DNA of 64,000 bases from Torpedo marmorata (taxonomy: Eukaryota): assembly GCA_977017645.1 (NCBI GenBank), contig OZ360222.1:78988001-79052000 (forward strand), in the 5' to 3' direction. Both the position numbers and the translations under genes were made by a program. This document shows positions 37,718 to 51,500 of this stretch, piece by piece. The notes under the pieces are model-generated. The model worked only from the letters and a program-made list of their open reading frames with translations, had not been told where the DNA came from and did no database searches. Position 1 is the first letter of the stretch, and every line of letters starts with the position of its first letter.

Positions 37718-38659
37718 TTCTTCACATGACAAAGTGAAGAAACATATTGAAGAACACTTAAAGTACAAGTCAAATAATGAAATATCCAACTAACAACTGA
37801 TTCGGCATTTCTTTTTGGATATTAGGCAAAACATCTGGTAGGCAGACAGTGTCTGCAGCAGCAGCAGTCCAAGAAACCAAGGTTCATTTTCTTATTCAAG
37901 AATGGCAAACAGAATTTGTACATGCAGCTGACAACTAAAGCAACAATTTTAAGGGAAGTGTAGAATTCTTTTCTTGTTCCAGCTTTTCTTCCAGTCATTT
38001 TTCTATTTTCCATTTCCTCTCCCACAGTCTGTTCCAGTTAAGCAAAGTGGGCAAGTCCACACACATGCACATGGTCAAATTTTTTTTTAATGTTTCCCTC
38101 TATTTTTAAAATAGCTTTGTTCAGGAAGCCTATGAAAGGAGGAAAGCAAATAGAAGAAATATCTTACAACTTTACAAAATATAGAAGTTCTTGGAAAGAA
38201 TAAGGTAATGGTGTTGGCATTGTGATAGGCTGGAGCTCTCCAATCTATTTTTCTCATAAATATTGTACTTCCTATTGCTGAAATTGTTCTCTGATCTAGA
38301 AAACATTCTGCCTCCAGGGGACGAGGGAGCAATGGATTGGGAATGTACTTGTAAAAACAATCTTTGGTTTATCTCAAACACACAGGTGTTTGGATTGCAA
38401 GTCTGGATTTGGCCCTTATCCTGCTCGCTTTTGGCCAATGGTCCCACTAGGAACCTTAGATAATCTTCTCCTCACTGGACAGCTTGTTACCCCTGTACAT
38501 TGAAACGTAGATGTCAGAAATAAGCTGCAGGTCAGCTCCACTACCGAACTCACCACTGAGAAGAGCTGCAGGGCACTGATTTACTTCACTTCAACTTTAC
38601 TCCAGGGTGGAGTACTGCTACACCTGACTGAAAAGGTAAGTGGTTTATTTAAAGAGAAA

Positions 38660-38830
38660 CTAGAAGCACTCAGCGAGCCAGGCAGCATTCAGTCAACGTT
38701 TTGGGTCAGGACCCTTTATCAAGACTGAGGTGAGGAATAGTAAGGTGAAATGGAGGGGTGGTAGAGGCTGGAGAGAGGCCAAGACGTAATAGGATTCCGG
38801 AGAGTTGGGAGAGGTGGCCCACTTGACAAT
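38660..38830 (-). mobile_element. Penelope terminal fragment, older subfamily, with hammerhead motif
   Basis: The minus strand of 38689-38728 reads TCAGTC TTGATAA AGGGT CCTG ACCC AAAA CGTT GACTGA. Confidence 0.6.
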
Positions 38831-39814
38831 TGAAGAACAGGAAGTTAGAGAAACTTTCTGCCCCTCATGATAATTCAATTTTTTAAAAAATTAAAGATAC
38901 AGCGTGGTAACAGAGTCTTCCGGCCCATGAGACTGAACCGCCCATAAAAACAAGGATTAAATAGTATAATCTTAATTCAACTTCAGAAAAGAGGATGAAT
39001 AATATTGTTGCATCAGAGATGGCACCATGGAATAATTCAGACCAACTTTGACTGCCCTCACTAGCACCAAATTAGAAAATTCAAACATTAAATAAACTAA
39101 ATGATTGTCCACACCTGAGCATACACCACTTGTGGCTATCTATATCAGCAGCCTTCTTGAATATGGTGAAAATAATAACTGCACAAGCTTTTCAGTTTTA
39201 CACACTGCAACTTAATCTTTCAGATTGTGAAGAGGTGCAGCAGTGCCTCAGTCTGTAGGGTGGAACAATGGAAGTCTGAAAATGGGAGAAACGGGAAGGT
39301 GAAACAACTTAAAGACATCTTTAAAAAGATGAGGACATGCTCAGGTTAGGGAACGTGTAGTGGATTTCATTCATTTGCGAAGAGGGGATGAAAGATTTTA
39401 TAATATAGCTTCAGTAAAATAGAAAGGAAACATATTGTATTGAATCATTGTGTACAGAGCAGAAATTCGGATATTTAGAGATGAAGAAAGAAACCACAAA
39501 TTATTATCTTAATTCATTACCACTCTGTTTAATATTTTTCCTGTAAGTATTCATTTTTGTATTTAAAGGTCACATGTTTTTACATTTACTAACTGCAAAA
39601 ATGTTATTATTGGCCTCTGTAACTATTACTTTTGGCATTGTTAGAATATGGGAACAGGAAAGTGCTATTACAGTATTAGAAGGGCTTGATGGTTGGTATT
39701 AACACAAAGCCTGTGCCGTGCTTTCCATTAAAGTCAACAGATACTCAGGAACTGCTCCAATGAAAAGACCAGCTCAATAATTAGAAGACAAGAAGGATCT
39801 AAAGAACTCGGTTA

Positions 39815-40679
39815 TGCAGTTGGGAGTACAGGAGGGAGATGGAAAACTTGGCTGAATGGTGCACCAACAATAACCACGCACTCAATATCACCAAAACCAA
39901 AGGAGCTGATCGTTGACTTCAGGAAGGGAAAATCAGAGGTGTACAATCCAGTGATCATTGGGGATCAGAGGTGGAGAGGGTGAGCAAATTTATGTTCTTG
40001 GGAGTCACTATCTCAGAGGATCTTTCCTGGACCCAGCACACTAATGGCGTCGTGAAGAAGCACGTCACCGCCTCTACTTCCTCAGGAGTTTGTGGAGGTT
40101 TGGTATGATATCACAAACCCTGGCAAATTTCTACAGATGTGTGGTGGAAAGTGTGCTGACTGGCTGCATCACAGTCTGGTATGGGGACACCAATAACCCT
40201 GAGCGTAAAGCCCTCCAAAAGGTAGTGGACACAGCCCAGGCAAAACCCTCCCCACCATCGAGAACATCTACAGGGAATGATGCCGTCGAACAGCAGCAGC
40301 AATCATCAAGGATCCACATCACCCAGCACATGCTTCATTCTCGCTGCTACCATCAGGAAAGAGGTATAGGTGCCACAAGACTCGCACCACCAAGTTCAGG
40401 AACAGCTAGTACCCCTCCACTACCAGACTCCTCAACAATAAACTCAATCAGGGACTCATTTAAGGACTATTACTTTTGCACTTTATTGATTTTTTTCTCT
40501 TTCTCTGTATTGCACAGTCAGTTTGTTTACATTTCTTTATTTATTTACATGTGTATGTCGAGTACAGTTTATTTTTGCTCAACCAATAAGTGGTAATCCT
40601 GCCTCGCCCGCAGGAAAAAGAATCTCAGGGTTGTATGTGATGTCATGTGTGTACTCTGACAATAAATCTGAAATCTGAA
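39815..40679 (+). mobile_element. Rex/Babar-like LINE, 5'-truncated
   Basis: WCTNNNHALNITKTK.ELIVDFRK, FLGVTISEDLSW and FYRCVVESVLTGCITVWYG, with frameshifts; aatctga tail. Confidence 0.85.
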
Positions 40680-42019
40680 GTGTAGTGACCTGATGGTGGA
40701 AGGTGGGATTATTTGAGGAGTTCTTTGTCAACCTGTGCAGACACAATAGGCTACTTGGTTTCCTTCTGCATCATGAATGCATTTCGATTTCTGTGATTCT
40801 TTGCAAGTACAAAATCAATAGCACAACGTCAAGCACCATATGTAGAAAACAACTCAGAGGGTACATCTTAAAATCACGAAGAACTTAAAGCACCACATTC
40901 CTCCCCCATTATACAAAATTGCCCAGCTCATTAATGTTCTAGGCCTTCATCTGCCAGTGAATCGTTTAGTAGTTAAACTGACATGGTGCTGGGAGGCCTA
41001 TGTGGTCTATCAGTAAGAAGAAATACATCAGGCTAGGTCCAGAACTGTTTACAAATGGTTTTGATATATGTGTTCTTTTTAAATATTACTGCTTGATCTT
41101 TCCCATTAAAAAAAGCAACTCATTTAGGTTTGTGTATAGAGGTGGAATTTTGACCATGGGAGGATTCTAGCTGTAATCTAATTGATGTTTGTAGGGAGAG
41201 AGGGGGAGCAGACATAGCGGTGGATCCAAGCTCTCAGTGCTTACGAGAATCATTCAAAGTCATCCTGCAGCCATACAGTGCAGAACTCAAGACCACACAC
41301 ATAACCTAAACAGAACACTATCTGTGCCTGAGTATGTCATTTGTTATAAGATAATAGATACCTGCGGGTGAATTATGAGGTACTCCTGTTCTTCTTAAGC
41401 TCCAGATTTAGCATCCTACACACTCTTTCTTCTTTCTGTGCCTCGTGGCATTGAAATCAACTCATTACACTTTCTCCCTGTCTAACTCATGTTTTTCCAA
41501 GGCATCTGATAGTCTGATCTGATCTGTCAATTGCCTTTCATCCCTTAATCTTCATTCCTCTTTCATCCACACACTTCTTGAATCTAATTTTTAAGACATT
41601 TACCTACTTGACTTATTTTGTGTTCTCCCATATGCAGCTTAATCTTAGTGGTGTATTGCTTCTCAGGGTTTATGATAAAAATAAAAAAAATCCAATTTAG
41701 AAATTTGATTTGCTTAATAAACTGCTTGAATGCATTGCAATGCAATGCCTTGGGATTTATCAACGGCCTTAACAAATATTGGCTATTTTCAATGCACAAC
41801 AAAGATTGATCCACTAGCTATTTCTTCTTGTCTCTCAAGTACTGATTCTACGGTATCAACCAGCATTCCTCATATTTGTATCAAGCAAGTGAAAATTGAT
41901 GAGACAGACTGATCAAATCTTGACAACTCACAGCTGAGCCCAGTCATATTCATACATATATATTCCCAGCAGGAATCACTGGGAAATGATGGAAGCTTGA
42001 CCAAAATTGCCTTAATTCA

Positions 42020-43290
42020 ACTTAAGTTTATTGTCACATGTACTGAGGTGCAGTGAGAAAGTATGTTTTGAGAGCAGTCCATGTAGACAACCCATACAGA
42101 GTGCAGCAAGTAAATCAAAATACAGAGTTACAGAGAGAGATCAGATAGTACAGAGCAAAAGAAACATTATTTTACTGGTGTGAAGTTCATTCAAGGAGTC
42201 TGATAACAGCAGGAAAGAAACTGTCCTTGAACCTGCTGCTGTGTGATCTCTTGCTCGTGAATCTTCTTCCCAGTGGGAGGAGTGGTGAAGAGAGTGAAGC
42301 TGGGGTGGGACGAGTCTTTTAATATGTAGGCTGCTTTTCCAGGGCAGTGGGAAGTAAAGATAGAGTTGATGGATGGAGCAGGATTTCTGTAATAGTCTGA
42401 GCTGCATTCACAACTCTCCACAGTTTCTTGTGGTCTTGGTCGGAGCAGTTCCTGTTCAATGCAGTGATGTACCCTGATTGGATAATTTCAACAATGCATC
42501 TGGAGAAGTTGTTGTGGGATGCAGGTAACATGCCAAATTTGCTCAGGCTTCTGAGAAAGTAGAGGTGCTGGTGTGCTTTCTCGGTCATCGCGCTGTTATG
42601 GCTGGACCAGGACAGGTCACTGAAGATGTTTACTTCTCGGAACTTAAATCTGCCTATTATCTCCACCTCAGCACCGTTGATGCAGACAGGGAAGTAAGCC
42701 CCATCCCTCTCCAGAAGTCTATGACTAGCTCCTTATTTTGCTAATGTTGAGGGAGAGGTTGTTGTCCTGACTCCATACCACTAATCCCTCTATCTCCCTT
42801 CTATATTCCAACTCGTTGTTGTTTGATATTCTGCATACAATGGCGTACAGATGAAGTTGGGATGTAAGTATTGGGTATACAGGGAGTACAGTAGGAAACT
42901 GAGAATGCAACGCTGTGGAGTCCCAGTGCTGAGGGCGATCGTGGAGAAGGTGCTGTCACCAATCCTCACTAATTGCGGCCTGCAGGACAGGAAGTCACGG
43001 ATCTAATTGCAGAGGGCCATCTGATAGAGTTTGGGGATGAGTCTATTTGGCATTATTGTGTTGAAGGAAGAGCTGTAGTCAATGAATAGTTGTCTGACAT
43101 GGGTGTCCTTGTGTCCCAGTGTTCCTGGGTTGAGTGTAGGGCCAGGGAGATGGTGTCTGCCATGGACCTGTTGTGGCAGTCGGCAAATTCGATTGGGTTG
43201 GGGCTGGTTGTAAGTCTGGAATTAATATAGCCATGACCAGCATCTCAAAGCACTTCCTGTGTTGGATGTTAGAACCACCGACCGGTAGTC
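42020..43290 (-). mobile_element. Rex/Babar-like LINE remnant
   Basis: YRREIEGLVVWSQDNNLSLNISK and DLSWSSH...KAHQHLYFLRSL fragments on the minus strand. Confidence 0.8.
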
Positions 43291-46200
43291 AATGTGCCTG
43301 ATCTGTCTTTCTTTGGTTAATATCTGCTAACTCAACTTATGGGAGGATTTTAACCCTGTGAACAACTTGGTCAGTTTGATTCAGTAACATTGCAAACAAT
43401 GAACTGAACTACCAAGCAATCAGAAAGTTACAATGCCATCATTCAGTATTTAAAAATCACTGCCTACCAAAATGAATGTTATTGGCCCATCCTGCATGGT
43501 TTAGCATCCGATGTTTGCAGATTTGCATGTTTTTAAAAGCATGGATCCGAGCCCTGGAATATCTCACCAACAAGCACTGTGGGAATATTTTCACCAGAAG
43601 GACTGCATTGCTTTGAAAAGACAGATCACCATCACCTTCTCAAGGAGGCCAATAAATGCTAGTTCACTAAAGCAGTTTAATCAATGTAAAAGGTTAATAA
43701 AGTAGACTGAATTAAAATTGGATGTGGAGGAGCAAGAATGTCAGCATTTCAGTGATTCCTTCCCATAATCCAGTTCATTAACCTTGCCTTATTTTTGGTC
43801 ACATCATCGCCTAAATCTTCTCATCTTATTCCTCCCTTTGTGAAGTATCTCAGGAAATGTTGTTGCACTACATTTGTCACTTATGTAACAATTAATGTTG
43901 TTTCAACAGAAGAAGGCAATATATGGAGCAAATTCTTATTCTATGTTTTGGCAAACACAGATATTCACGTGTTGGACCATCTGTCTAAAAAATATTTATC
44001 TATTTGTAAACAATGTTTTCATTGCATGGTTCTAAGATATACATAGATTTCCTGATATATAATATCCAGAAAGAAAATAAATTCCTGTTATTTCTAAGTG
44101 AATGATTCCACTGACGGCCAAGTCTGTGGCAGTAGGATGGTTGTGGGAAGTGGGTTAGTTATCTGCGTTCTCAAATAGGGAGGGTAGAGTCAAGAACATT
44201 ATACTTTGAAAATTTGTTCTCCCTGTGTCTCCCTTTTGATGTGGTTATGTATTTTTTTCCACCAAACCACACACTGAGAAATGAAATCTAAGTTCATTTA
44301 CTGTCATTACAGTAACAATAAGTACATTTATTCAGACTTATCTCTGCAACCTTCCTACTTATAGAACACCCAATGTGGTCTGGGATCTGAATAATACTTT
44401 ACTGCCAAAAAAATAAAAGAATATCTCTATTTGTTTGATCAATGCTGTGAGCTAAGATTTTTCATAAACTCTAAACAGTTTTTAAATTGGGAAATATTTA
44501 GCTTTAGGAATTAAAGTTTTATATTCTCTTCCTGTTCTCACACATCCACATGTTATTATTGAATGTTACATAATTCAATTCTACAATGGTTAAATCTCTT
44601 TGGCAAATTCACTTACACACCATAGCCACGTATGAATATTTGTGGCCGCTTGTGAATACAAAAAGTTTGCCTTCCGAGAGCACAACAGAGCCAATTTTTT
44701 TCCCCCGATATGAATGGCGTTCCTGGCATTTCATTCTTACAACGCATGAGGACATGGTCTCACAAGAACTGGAATGCAGTTCAGAAAACAAACGTGGAGC
44801 TGTTGAGCTGAAACTCACATCAAGAATGAACCAGTTTTTCCCTCATGAAAAGCCATCTAATATTAGTAAAGAATGAAATGCACGGTTAAGAGATTCTTCT
44901 GGTTGACCTTCATCTAATCTGTTCCAATAAAAGTATCTCTGAATTTAAAAATGCAAGTCATCAAAACGTTTTAACCTTGCACTTGAGACTCTTCATGGCA
45001 ACACTTCCTCAAGAAGAATTTCAAATAATTCTGTCATTTTTAAGTGAGAAAATTTTATGAATCTGCTGAAAATTGTTGTTCAGATTTTGATTCTCAGTGT
45101 TTGGATTTACAGTCAACTATCAGTTAATTATGCACAGGATCAGGAATATATAAGATTACCAGGCAAGGAAACCAGCAAATATATTGCAGTTCTCTTACTG
45201 GATCTAAGAAATGCATGGGAGTGGGTGGGGAGGGGAGCGCACGCTATTGCATTAAAATAAAATCCAATTCCTACATCAGGGAGTCAGGCTTGTTGGACAA
45301 AAAGATAGGGGCACGGCTTAGTTGAAAGATTATCTGTGGTAACTCTTACTTTCAGTGAAATAGATATGGGCAGATGAATGCATATGGTGCTGCAATGGTG
45401 ATACAAATGTACAAAGTAGACTACAGAAATAGTAAATTATTTTAATATATTGTGCTTTGTTTCTTAAATAGAAATAGCATCCCAACACACGTCAAATATC
45501 TCCTTTGGCACAAATTGACCATCTGCATGGGTCTGGCTGCCATTGCATAGCAATTATTTCATAGAAGCATTATTTTATCTGGACACGAGCAAAAGAATTA
45601 GCAACAGATCTCATGTTCAATAGCAAAATCATTTTTTTAATGGGCTGCATTCAGAGTTGCTTTCAAGGGGCTCTTGAGTTTCTCACCTTCCTTTCCTGAA
45701 GGTATCACATATTGGATTTCAACCAGCTATTTCCATCCCGTACAAAATAGCTAATTTTAGTGTGCAACTTTAAGCATGGTCCCAAAGACATACCCAATAA
45801 TTCACTCATATGCACAATATAGACTACAAATGAACTCACAACAATATCTCTTCATCTATATGGCTATACAGGTAAAGGATTAGCGAAGTAGAGTCAGAAA
45901 AATTGTTTTAAGCCTTTTTAGACATAAATGAAACTTGGCTAGATTTTCTCAATTGAGGGGCTTCAATATCGACTGTAGAATCAAAAATGATGGATTCCAT
46001 AAGTTTTGAGTTTGTGAATAAAGTTTATTTTATTGATGCCTCCTTTTTGACCACATCATAATAATCCACTGAAAACCTGGACTTTAGTTCAAATATTTGG
46101 TACTGACCCTTCAAAACCTATATGTTCTTGTTTCCCTTAGCTATGGAAAAGAAAACTATATCCCCAGTTATTAGTGCACATGTCTAAGCCTGGAAATTTA

Positions 46201-46435
46201 TTTCCACAGATGATCATTTGGTGTCACTGAAGAGGAAGCTAAAATCCACAGCAAAAACCAGAAAAGTCTAAGATTGGGAAGCATGTGTTAGAATCAGAGA
46301 ACTTTATTTCACAGAAAGAAGCACTGTGGCCCATCGAGTTCATACAATCTAAAAATAGACTTTAGATTAATCCCACTTCCCAGCTCTTGGTTCACATCCC
46401 TGCAGTTCTCATCCAAGTAGTTTTCAAATGTGGCA

Positions 46436-46845
46436 AAGATTTCTGCTCCACCCCTCACACCCGTTCAGGGAGTAGATTTCATACCTACTATTCATTGGAG
46501 ATTTCTCCTCCACCCCTCACACCTCTTCAGGGAGAAGATTTCATACCCCGTTATTCATTGAGAGATTTCTGATCTACCCCTCACACCCTTTCAGAGACTA
46601 GATTTCATACCCCTCTTTGCCACCCCCCCTTCCCCCCCTCACTCTTTTGTTCCGACGCCTGCCGGCATTTTCTCATACTTTGATAAAGGGCTCAAGCCTG
46701 AAACGTCGGTTATGTATTTCTACCTTTGCTACATAAAATACACTGTTTGACCTGCTGAGTTTCTCCAGCATTTGTGTTTTTACTTCAACCACGGTGTTTA
46801 CAGATTTTCGTGTTTTACTTCATACCCCTCTATTCATTGAGTGAT
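46436..46845. repeat. ~62-bp degenerate tandem repeat (about 3 units), interrupted by a Penelope fragment
   Basis: gatttct..tccacccctcacacc..ttcagggag.agatttcatacc...tattcattg is repeated. Confidence 0.7.
46617..46818 (+). mobile_element. Mini Penelope insertion carrying the hammerhead motif
   Basis: 13-bp TSD TTCATACCCCTCT (46604-46616 / 46819-46831); TTGATAA AGGGC TCAA GCCT GAAA CGTC GGT at about 46680-46710. Confidence 0.82.
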
Positions 46846-47039
46846 TTTTTTTCTCCCTTTCTGCCAAATAAACTAAATTCCTGCTCCCAACAACTACTCC
46901 CTCCCAATCCGTGTTGCTGATCTCTGATTTTGTTTTAGGGTTTTTGTTCTTTCTGTTTACTGTGTCATAGTCATAGATTATAGAGTTTCACGGTATGGAA
47001 AATATAAGTGATATAATGAGCTGCCAACTTCCATATTTC

Positions 47040-47350
47040 CATATTTCCTAAAAAGGAGGCCACTTGGCCCATTGTGTCTATGCCAGATCTCAGTTCCCCA
47101 TCAGTCCCACGCCCCACATATTTCCCTGTAAGCTTTGTCTCTCCTACCGACCACCTGCACAAAGGGTAACTTACAGTAGCTAATTAATATTTCAACTTGC
47201 ACGTCTTAGGGAAAAGGGGGGAAACTGGGGCACCAGAAGAAACCCATGTGATCACAGGAAGAATACACAAACTCCACCCAGACATAATTGGAGATTAGAA
47301 GCAAACCCAGATAGATAGTTGCACTACCTGCAGCAGCGCAATGCCACCCA
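47040..47350 (-). mobile_element. Degenerate V-domain SINE
   Basis: gaaactggggcaccagaagaaacccatgtgatcacaggaagaatacacaaactcc is the reversed V-domain. Confidence 0.65.
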
Positions 47351-48659
47351 AACTTATGCTTAGCTGAACCATATCCTCACAAATAAGGCACTCCTGTGTG
47401 TCATTTAGATTCAGCAGGCAGTTGCTGTACTGTAACTCAATAATACTCAACAGCTGCTGGCCTTGTATATGTAAGATTATAGCATAAAATTCAAACAGTA
47501 AAAAAGGTGTGGCTCCAGATCCTAGTATGCAAAGTCAATAATGGTTGGAAAGAGGAAGTTCAGCACCTAGAATGCTATCAACATCTCTGCTTATTTAGTA
47601 TATGAATGATATTTGCTTCCTTCCTCATAAGAAACTAATGGTCCAAAGAAGCAGACTTTCATTATGCATTTTAGACAAGTGAAATAGATTAGGTCATCTC
47701 TTGCCAAATCCAAAGCCAGACAGGGGGTGGATTTGGGGCAGGAGAGAGCGTGGGATCATGGCTTGAATACTGAGACTCAATGTGTTGCTGATGAAAAAAG
47801 CTTAATAAACTTAACAATTAATGGCTCCACATTATAAAATGTAGAATGTACGGAAATAATTGAAGCATATTTTAAAAATCAGACTTTTGATGTCTGGTTT
47901 ATGTCTTAGAACTTTCTGGATAGCCCTCTCAAAAACAAGACCGTCTAATCTAAAACTATATGGGTGGCAACCCCAGCTTTAGAAACTGGGAAGCTCCACA
48001 AAAGGACAGCTGAGGGCGTTTGAGAGAGAGAAAAAAATGTTTTAATACTGCAGCACATTCCAGAGAGAAGACAGCTGGGACAATGAAAAAAGATCTAGAC
48101 AAAAAGAAGAATACACAGAATACAAACAATGAAGTGGTCTGCAAAGAAGATGGGAATGGGCTTGCTGTGTGATCAGTTCTCCTGGCTCTTCAATTCAGGG
48201 ACAACTGGCAGTCTGAAGAGCTGCGAGTCTGGTCTTGCAATTATTCAGCCAAGTGTCAGTGTGGCGAGACAGGACACACATGCCTCTGTTATATTTCTTT
48301 AGTGCTGGAATCAGTTCATGCCAATGTGGTGTGCACATGTAATACCTTTTCCACTATGGGTTGGATTTGTGTGCCAGAACGGACTGTCTGAGCCATTTTA
48401 GAATCTTGATAAATGGTTGGCAAATCAATGGAAAGGCCCAGAAAACTGAACACAAGCAATTATGTTCTTTTAGTGACAATAACTGCCACATTCACTCCAA
48501 ACACCTTCTTGCCTACTCCCCAATGTGAGTTTTAAAAGCTATTTAAAATTTGAGAGAACAATATGCCAGTACGAACATCTCTATGATCTCCTAGCAAATG
48601 TGACTGTAGAAGCAGCAAACATAAAAAGAGAGGGTTTTTGTCAAGTTATATTATTTCTT

Positions 48660-49760
48660 TCAGGATATAGGCATTGCTGGCAAGCCCAACATTTATTGCC
48701 CATCTCTAATTTCCTTTGAGAAAGCGGTGGTGAGCCACATTCTTGAAATGCTGCACAGCACTCTTGTTGAGAGGGCTTTCCAGGATTTATATCCAGCAAT
48801 GAAGGACTGCTGATGTATTTGCAAGATAGAATGGTGTATAACTTGGAAGGGAACCTGCAGGTGTGGTGTTCTCATGCACCTGAAATCCGTAGTAGTAGAG
48901 GTCACGGGATTGGGAGGTAGCCAAGTAACATTTTGGTGATGGGGTACCAGTCAAGGACATTGCACTGTCTTGGAAGTAGTTGAGCTTCTCAAGTGCTGTA
49001 AGAGCTGCACTCGTCCAGATGAATAGAGCATATTCCATCACATTCCTGTGCTGTACTTTATGGGTGGTGAAAAGAAGGTCAGAAGTGTTATTTGATGCAG
49101 GATACCCAGCTTCTGACAAGCTCTTGTGGCCAAAATATTTATAGTCCAACTGAGATGTCAGCCAAAGGAGAACCCCCACCAAGAATGTCAGCGGGGGAAG
49201 GCTCAGCAATAATAATGTCAATAAAAATCCAGGGTATTTGATTTGACTCTCTCTAATTAGTCATCACCTGGCACACGTGTTATTTGCTGTTTATCATCTT
49301 TTGCCTAACTAATGTCTGACACTTGGTTCAGGCAGGAATGGTCGACATCATTTGCTCCGAAGTTGCAAATGGGCATGAATCATCAGCAAACATACTCACT
49401 TCTGTCATAATAGAAGGAAGGTCATTAAGGAAACAGCTGAAGATGTTTGGGACTAGGACACTGGTTGAAGAAACTTATGCAGTAAAGCCCTGGGACTATC
49501 ATTTGTTGCAATCGTAACCTTTGTGCAAGATATAATTCCAACTGCTGGAATGGTTTCCCCTTAATGCCCATTGACTACAATTCTCCTCAATGTCTCACTA
49601 GGCCAAATGCTACCTTGATATCAAGATTAATTAATCTCACCTCACCTCTAGAATTCAATACTTTGGTCCATTTTTTGATCTAGGCTAAGATTTGGAATTG
49701 AGTTGCTCTGGCAAAACCTAAACTGGGAATTAGTACGTTGGTTACTGGTAAGTAACCATC
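48660..49760 (-). mobile_element. Ancient CR1/L2-group LINE remnant
   Basis: HKVQHRNVMEYALFIW...LEKLNYFQ resembles a post-RT LINE domain; gggcaataaatg tail, also seen near 43650 and 20040. Confidence 0.55.
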
Positions 49761-49789
49761 ACTTGACCCCACCATTGATGGACACTGCC

Positions 49790-51127
49790 ATTTCCTCCAT
49801 CATTTCTTCCACCTACTATGTGATCCCACCACCAGACACATCTTCCCTTCTCCTCTTCTCTCCACCTTCCACAAGAACTGCTCCCTCAGTGACTCCCTCA
49901 TCCACTCTTCCCTTCCCACCAATCTCCCCCTTGGCACCTACCCCTGTGACCACAGGAGATGCTACACTTGCGTCCACAACTCCTCCCTCACCACCATTCG
50001 GGGCCAACAAGAAGTCCTTCCAAGTGAAGCAATACTTCACTTGTGAATCTGCAGGGGTCATCTACTGTATCCGATGCTCCCGTTGTGGTTTCCTCTAAAT
50101 TGGACAGACTGGTTGCAGATTGGGAGATCACTTCGTTGAGCACCATGGCTCTGTCTGCCGCAATAGCGGCGATCTCCCAGTGGCCACCCATTTCAATTCC
50201 CCGCCCCATTACCTTACCGTCATGTCTGTCCATGATCTCATGCACTACTAGACTGAGACCATCCACAAATTGGAGAAACAACACCTCATATTCTGATTGG
50301 GCACCCTCCAACTGGATGGCATTAACAATGACTTCTCCAGTTTTCATTAGCTTCGCCCCACCCCCTATCTATCCCTACGTCTCCTTTCCTCTAGCTCTGT
50401 CTCTCTCTCTTTCCTTTTCCTTCTGTCTCCTTTCCCTCAGCTCTGTATTCACAAGCCTCTTTCACATTGGCTAACCAGTAAATTGGCTGTTCAGTGTCCC
50501 GGTTAAAGAAGACGTTTTTACTGTTCACACTGGGCCACTGTTAACCAGGACACTGCGTCCTTTCACATTCACCACAAGGCATCCCCGGGGATAGGAGAGT
50601 CTACCTTCTACCGGAATCCCTAGATAGTAAGTGTCCCTTTCACACTGGGTTAATCGGCACGCAGGCGTCAGATGACGCCGGGGATGAGAGTAGGGGTCGA
50701 GGCCGTCCATCCCCGGCGTGATTTGACGCCGGCATGCCGATTAATTCGCTTTCACACTGGACCCATAAACGGTAAATCGGCCATCAATTACTAGGACAAG
50801 GTGCCAGTGTGAAAGGGGCTACAGAGTCAACACCCACACTCCTCCATTCAATTCTCACCTTTCTTCTCTACTGTCCTCCTAACCATATACAATTAACACC
50901 TATTGTCCATTGGTCTGTACTCCTCCCCTTGTCCTTTATTTCCTTCTCCCAAGCCTTTTGATTCAGGTGACTGCTTCCTTTTTACTCATACATTGAAGAA
51001 GGGCTGAGGCCCGAAACGTCTGAGACGTACCTTTACCTCCTATGGACGCTGCGAGACCTGCTGAGTTCCTCCAGCATTTCTGTGTTTTTATTGCCATCAC
51101 AGCATCTGTAGACTTTTGTGTTTCACT
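49790..51127 (+). mobile_element. Penelope-like element (GIY-YIG endonuclease remnant plus 3' repeat), interrupted by a MITE
   Basis: KKSFQVKQYFTCESAGVIYCIRCSRCGFL; hammerhead motif at about 50989-51024. Confidence 0.9.
50454..50820. mobile_element. PIF/Harbinger-like MITE
   Basis: TIRs AGCCTCTTTCACATTGGC / GCCAGTGTGAAAGGGGCT, internal ttcacactgg repeats, and a 3-bp TSD ACA. The empty site attc-ACA-gag is visible in the paralogous Penelope copy near 21925. Confidence 0.88.
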
Positions 51128-51139
51128 TGATGGACACTG

Positions 51140-51500
51140 TTAAACAGGAAAGCCTGCAAGATGCTGTGATTGTAGTGCAAAATACAAAAATGCTGGAGAA
51201 AACCAGCAGGTCAAGCAGCATCAACAGGAAGCAAAGGAATAAAAGCAACATTTCCGGCCTGAGCCCTTCATCAAGGTATGAGCAAAAATGAGGCAGATGT
51301 CTGATTAAAAAGGTGGGGAAAGGTGAGAAGATGAGGGAGGAAAGAGCAGAGGGAGGAGAACAGGCTGACAGGCAAGAGGGCATAGGTGGATATGGGTGGG
51401 AGGGCAGAAGAGAAAAAAACTGAGAAGTGGTGGAGAGGGGGTAGCTCTCTGAATGGAGAGAGAAGGGCAGCGTGTGGGGAACTGGAGGAAAGGAAAGGAC
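51140..51500 (-). mobile_element. Penelope 3' fragment, tail-to-tail with the preceding copy
   Basis: Reverse complement of the same terminal repeat (ccggcctgagcccttcatcaaggtatgagc). Confidence 0.8.

Noticed and set aside
37409-37793. ORFs containing X runs
   Set aside because: Artefacts of translating through the N gap.
44609-44818. Possible alternative coding exon of TGFB2 (gtaagt donor)
   Set aside because: Phase-0 reading from either nearby AG acceptor hits a stop, and there is no similarity to TGFB2 exon 2.
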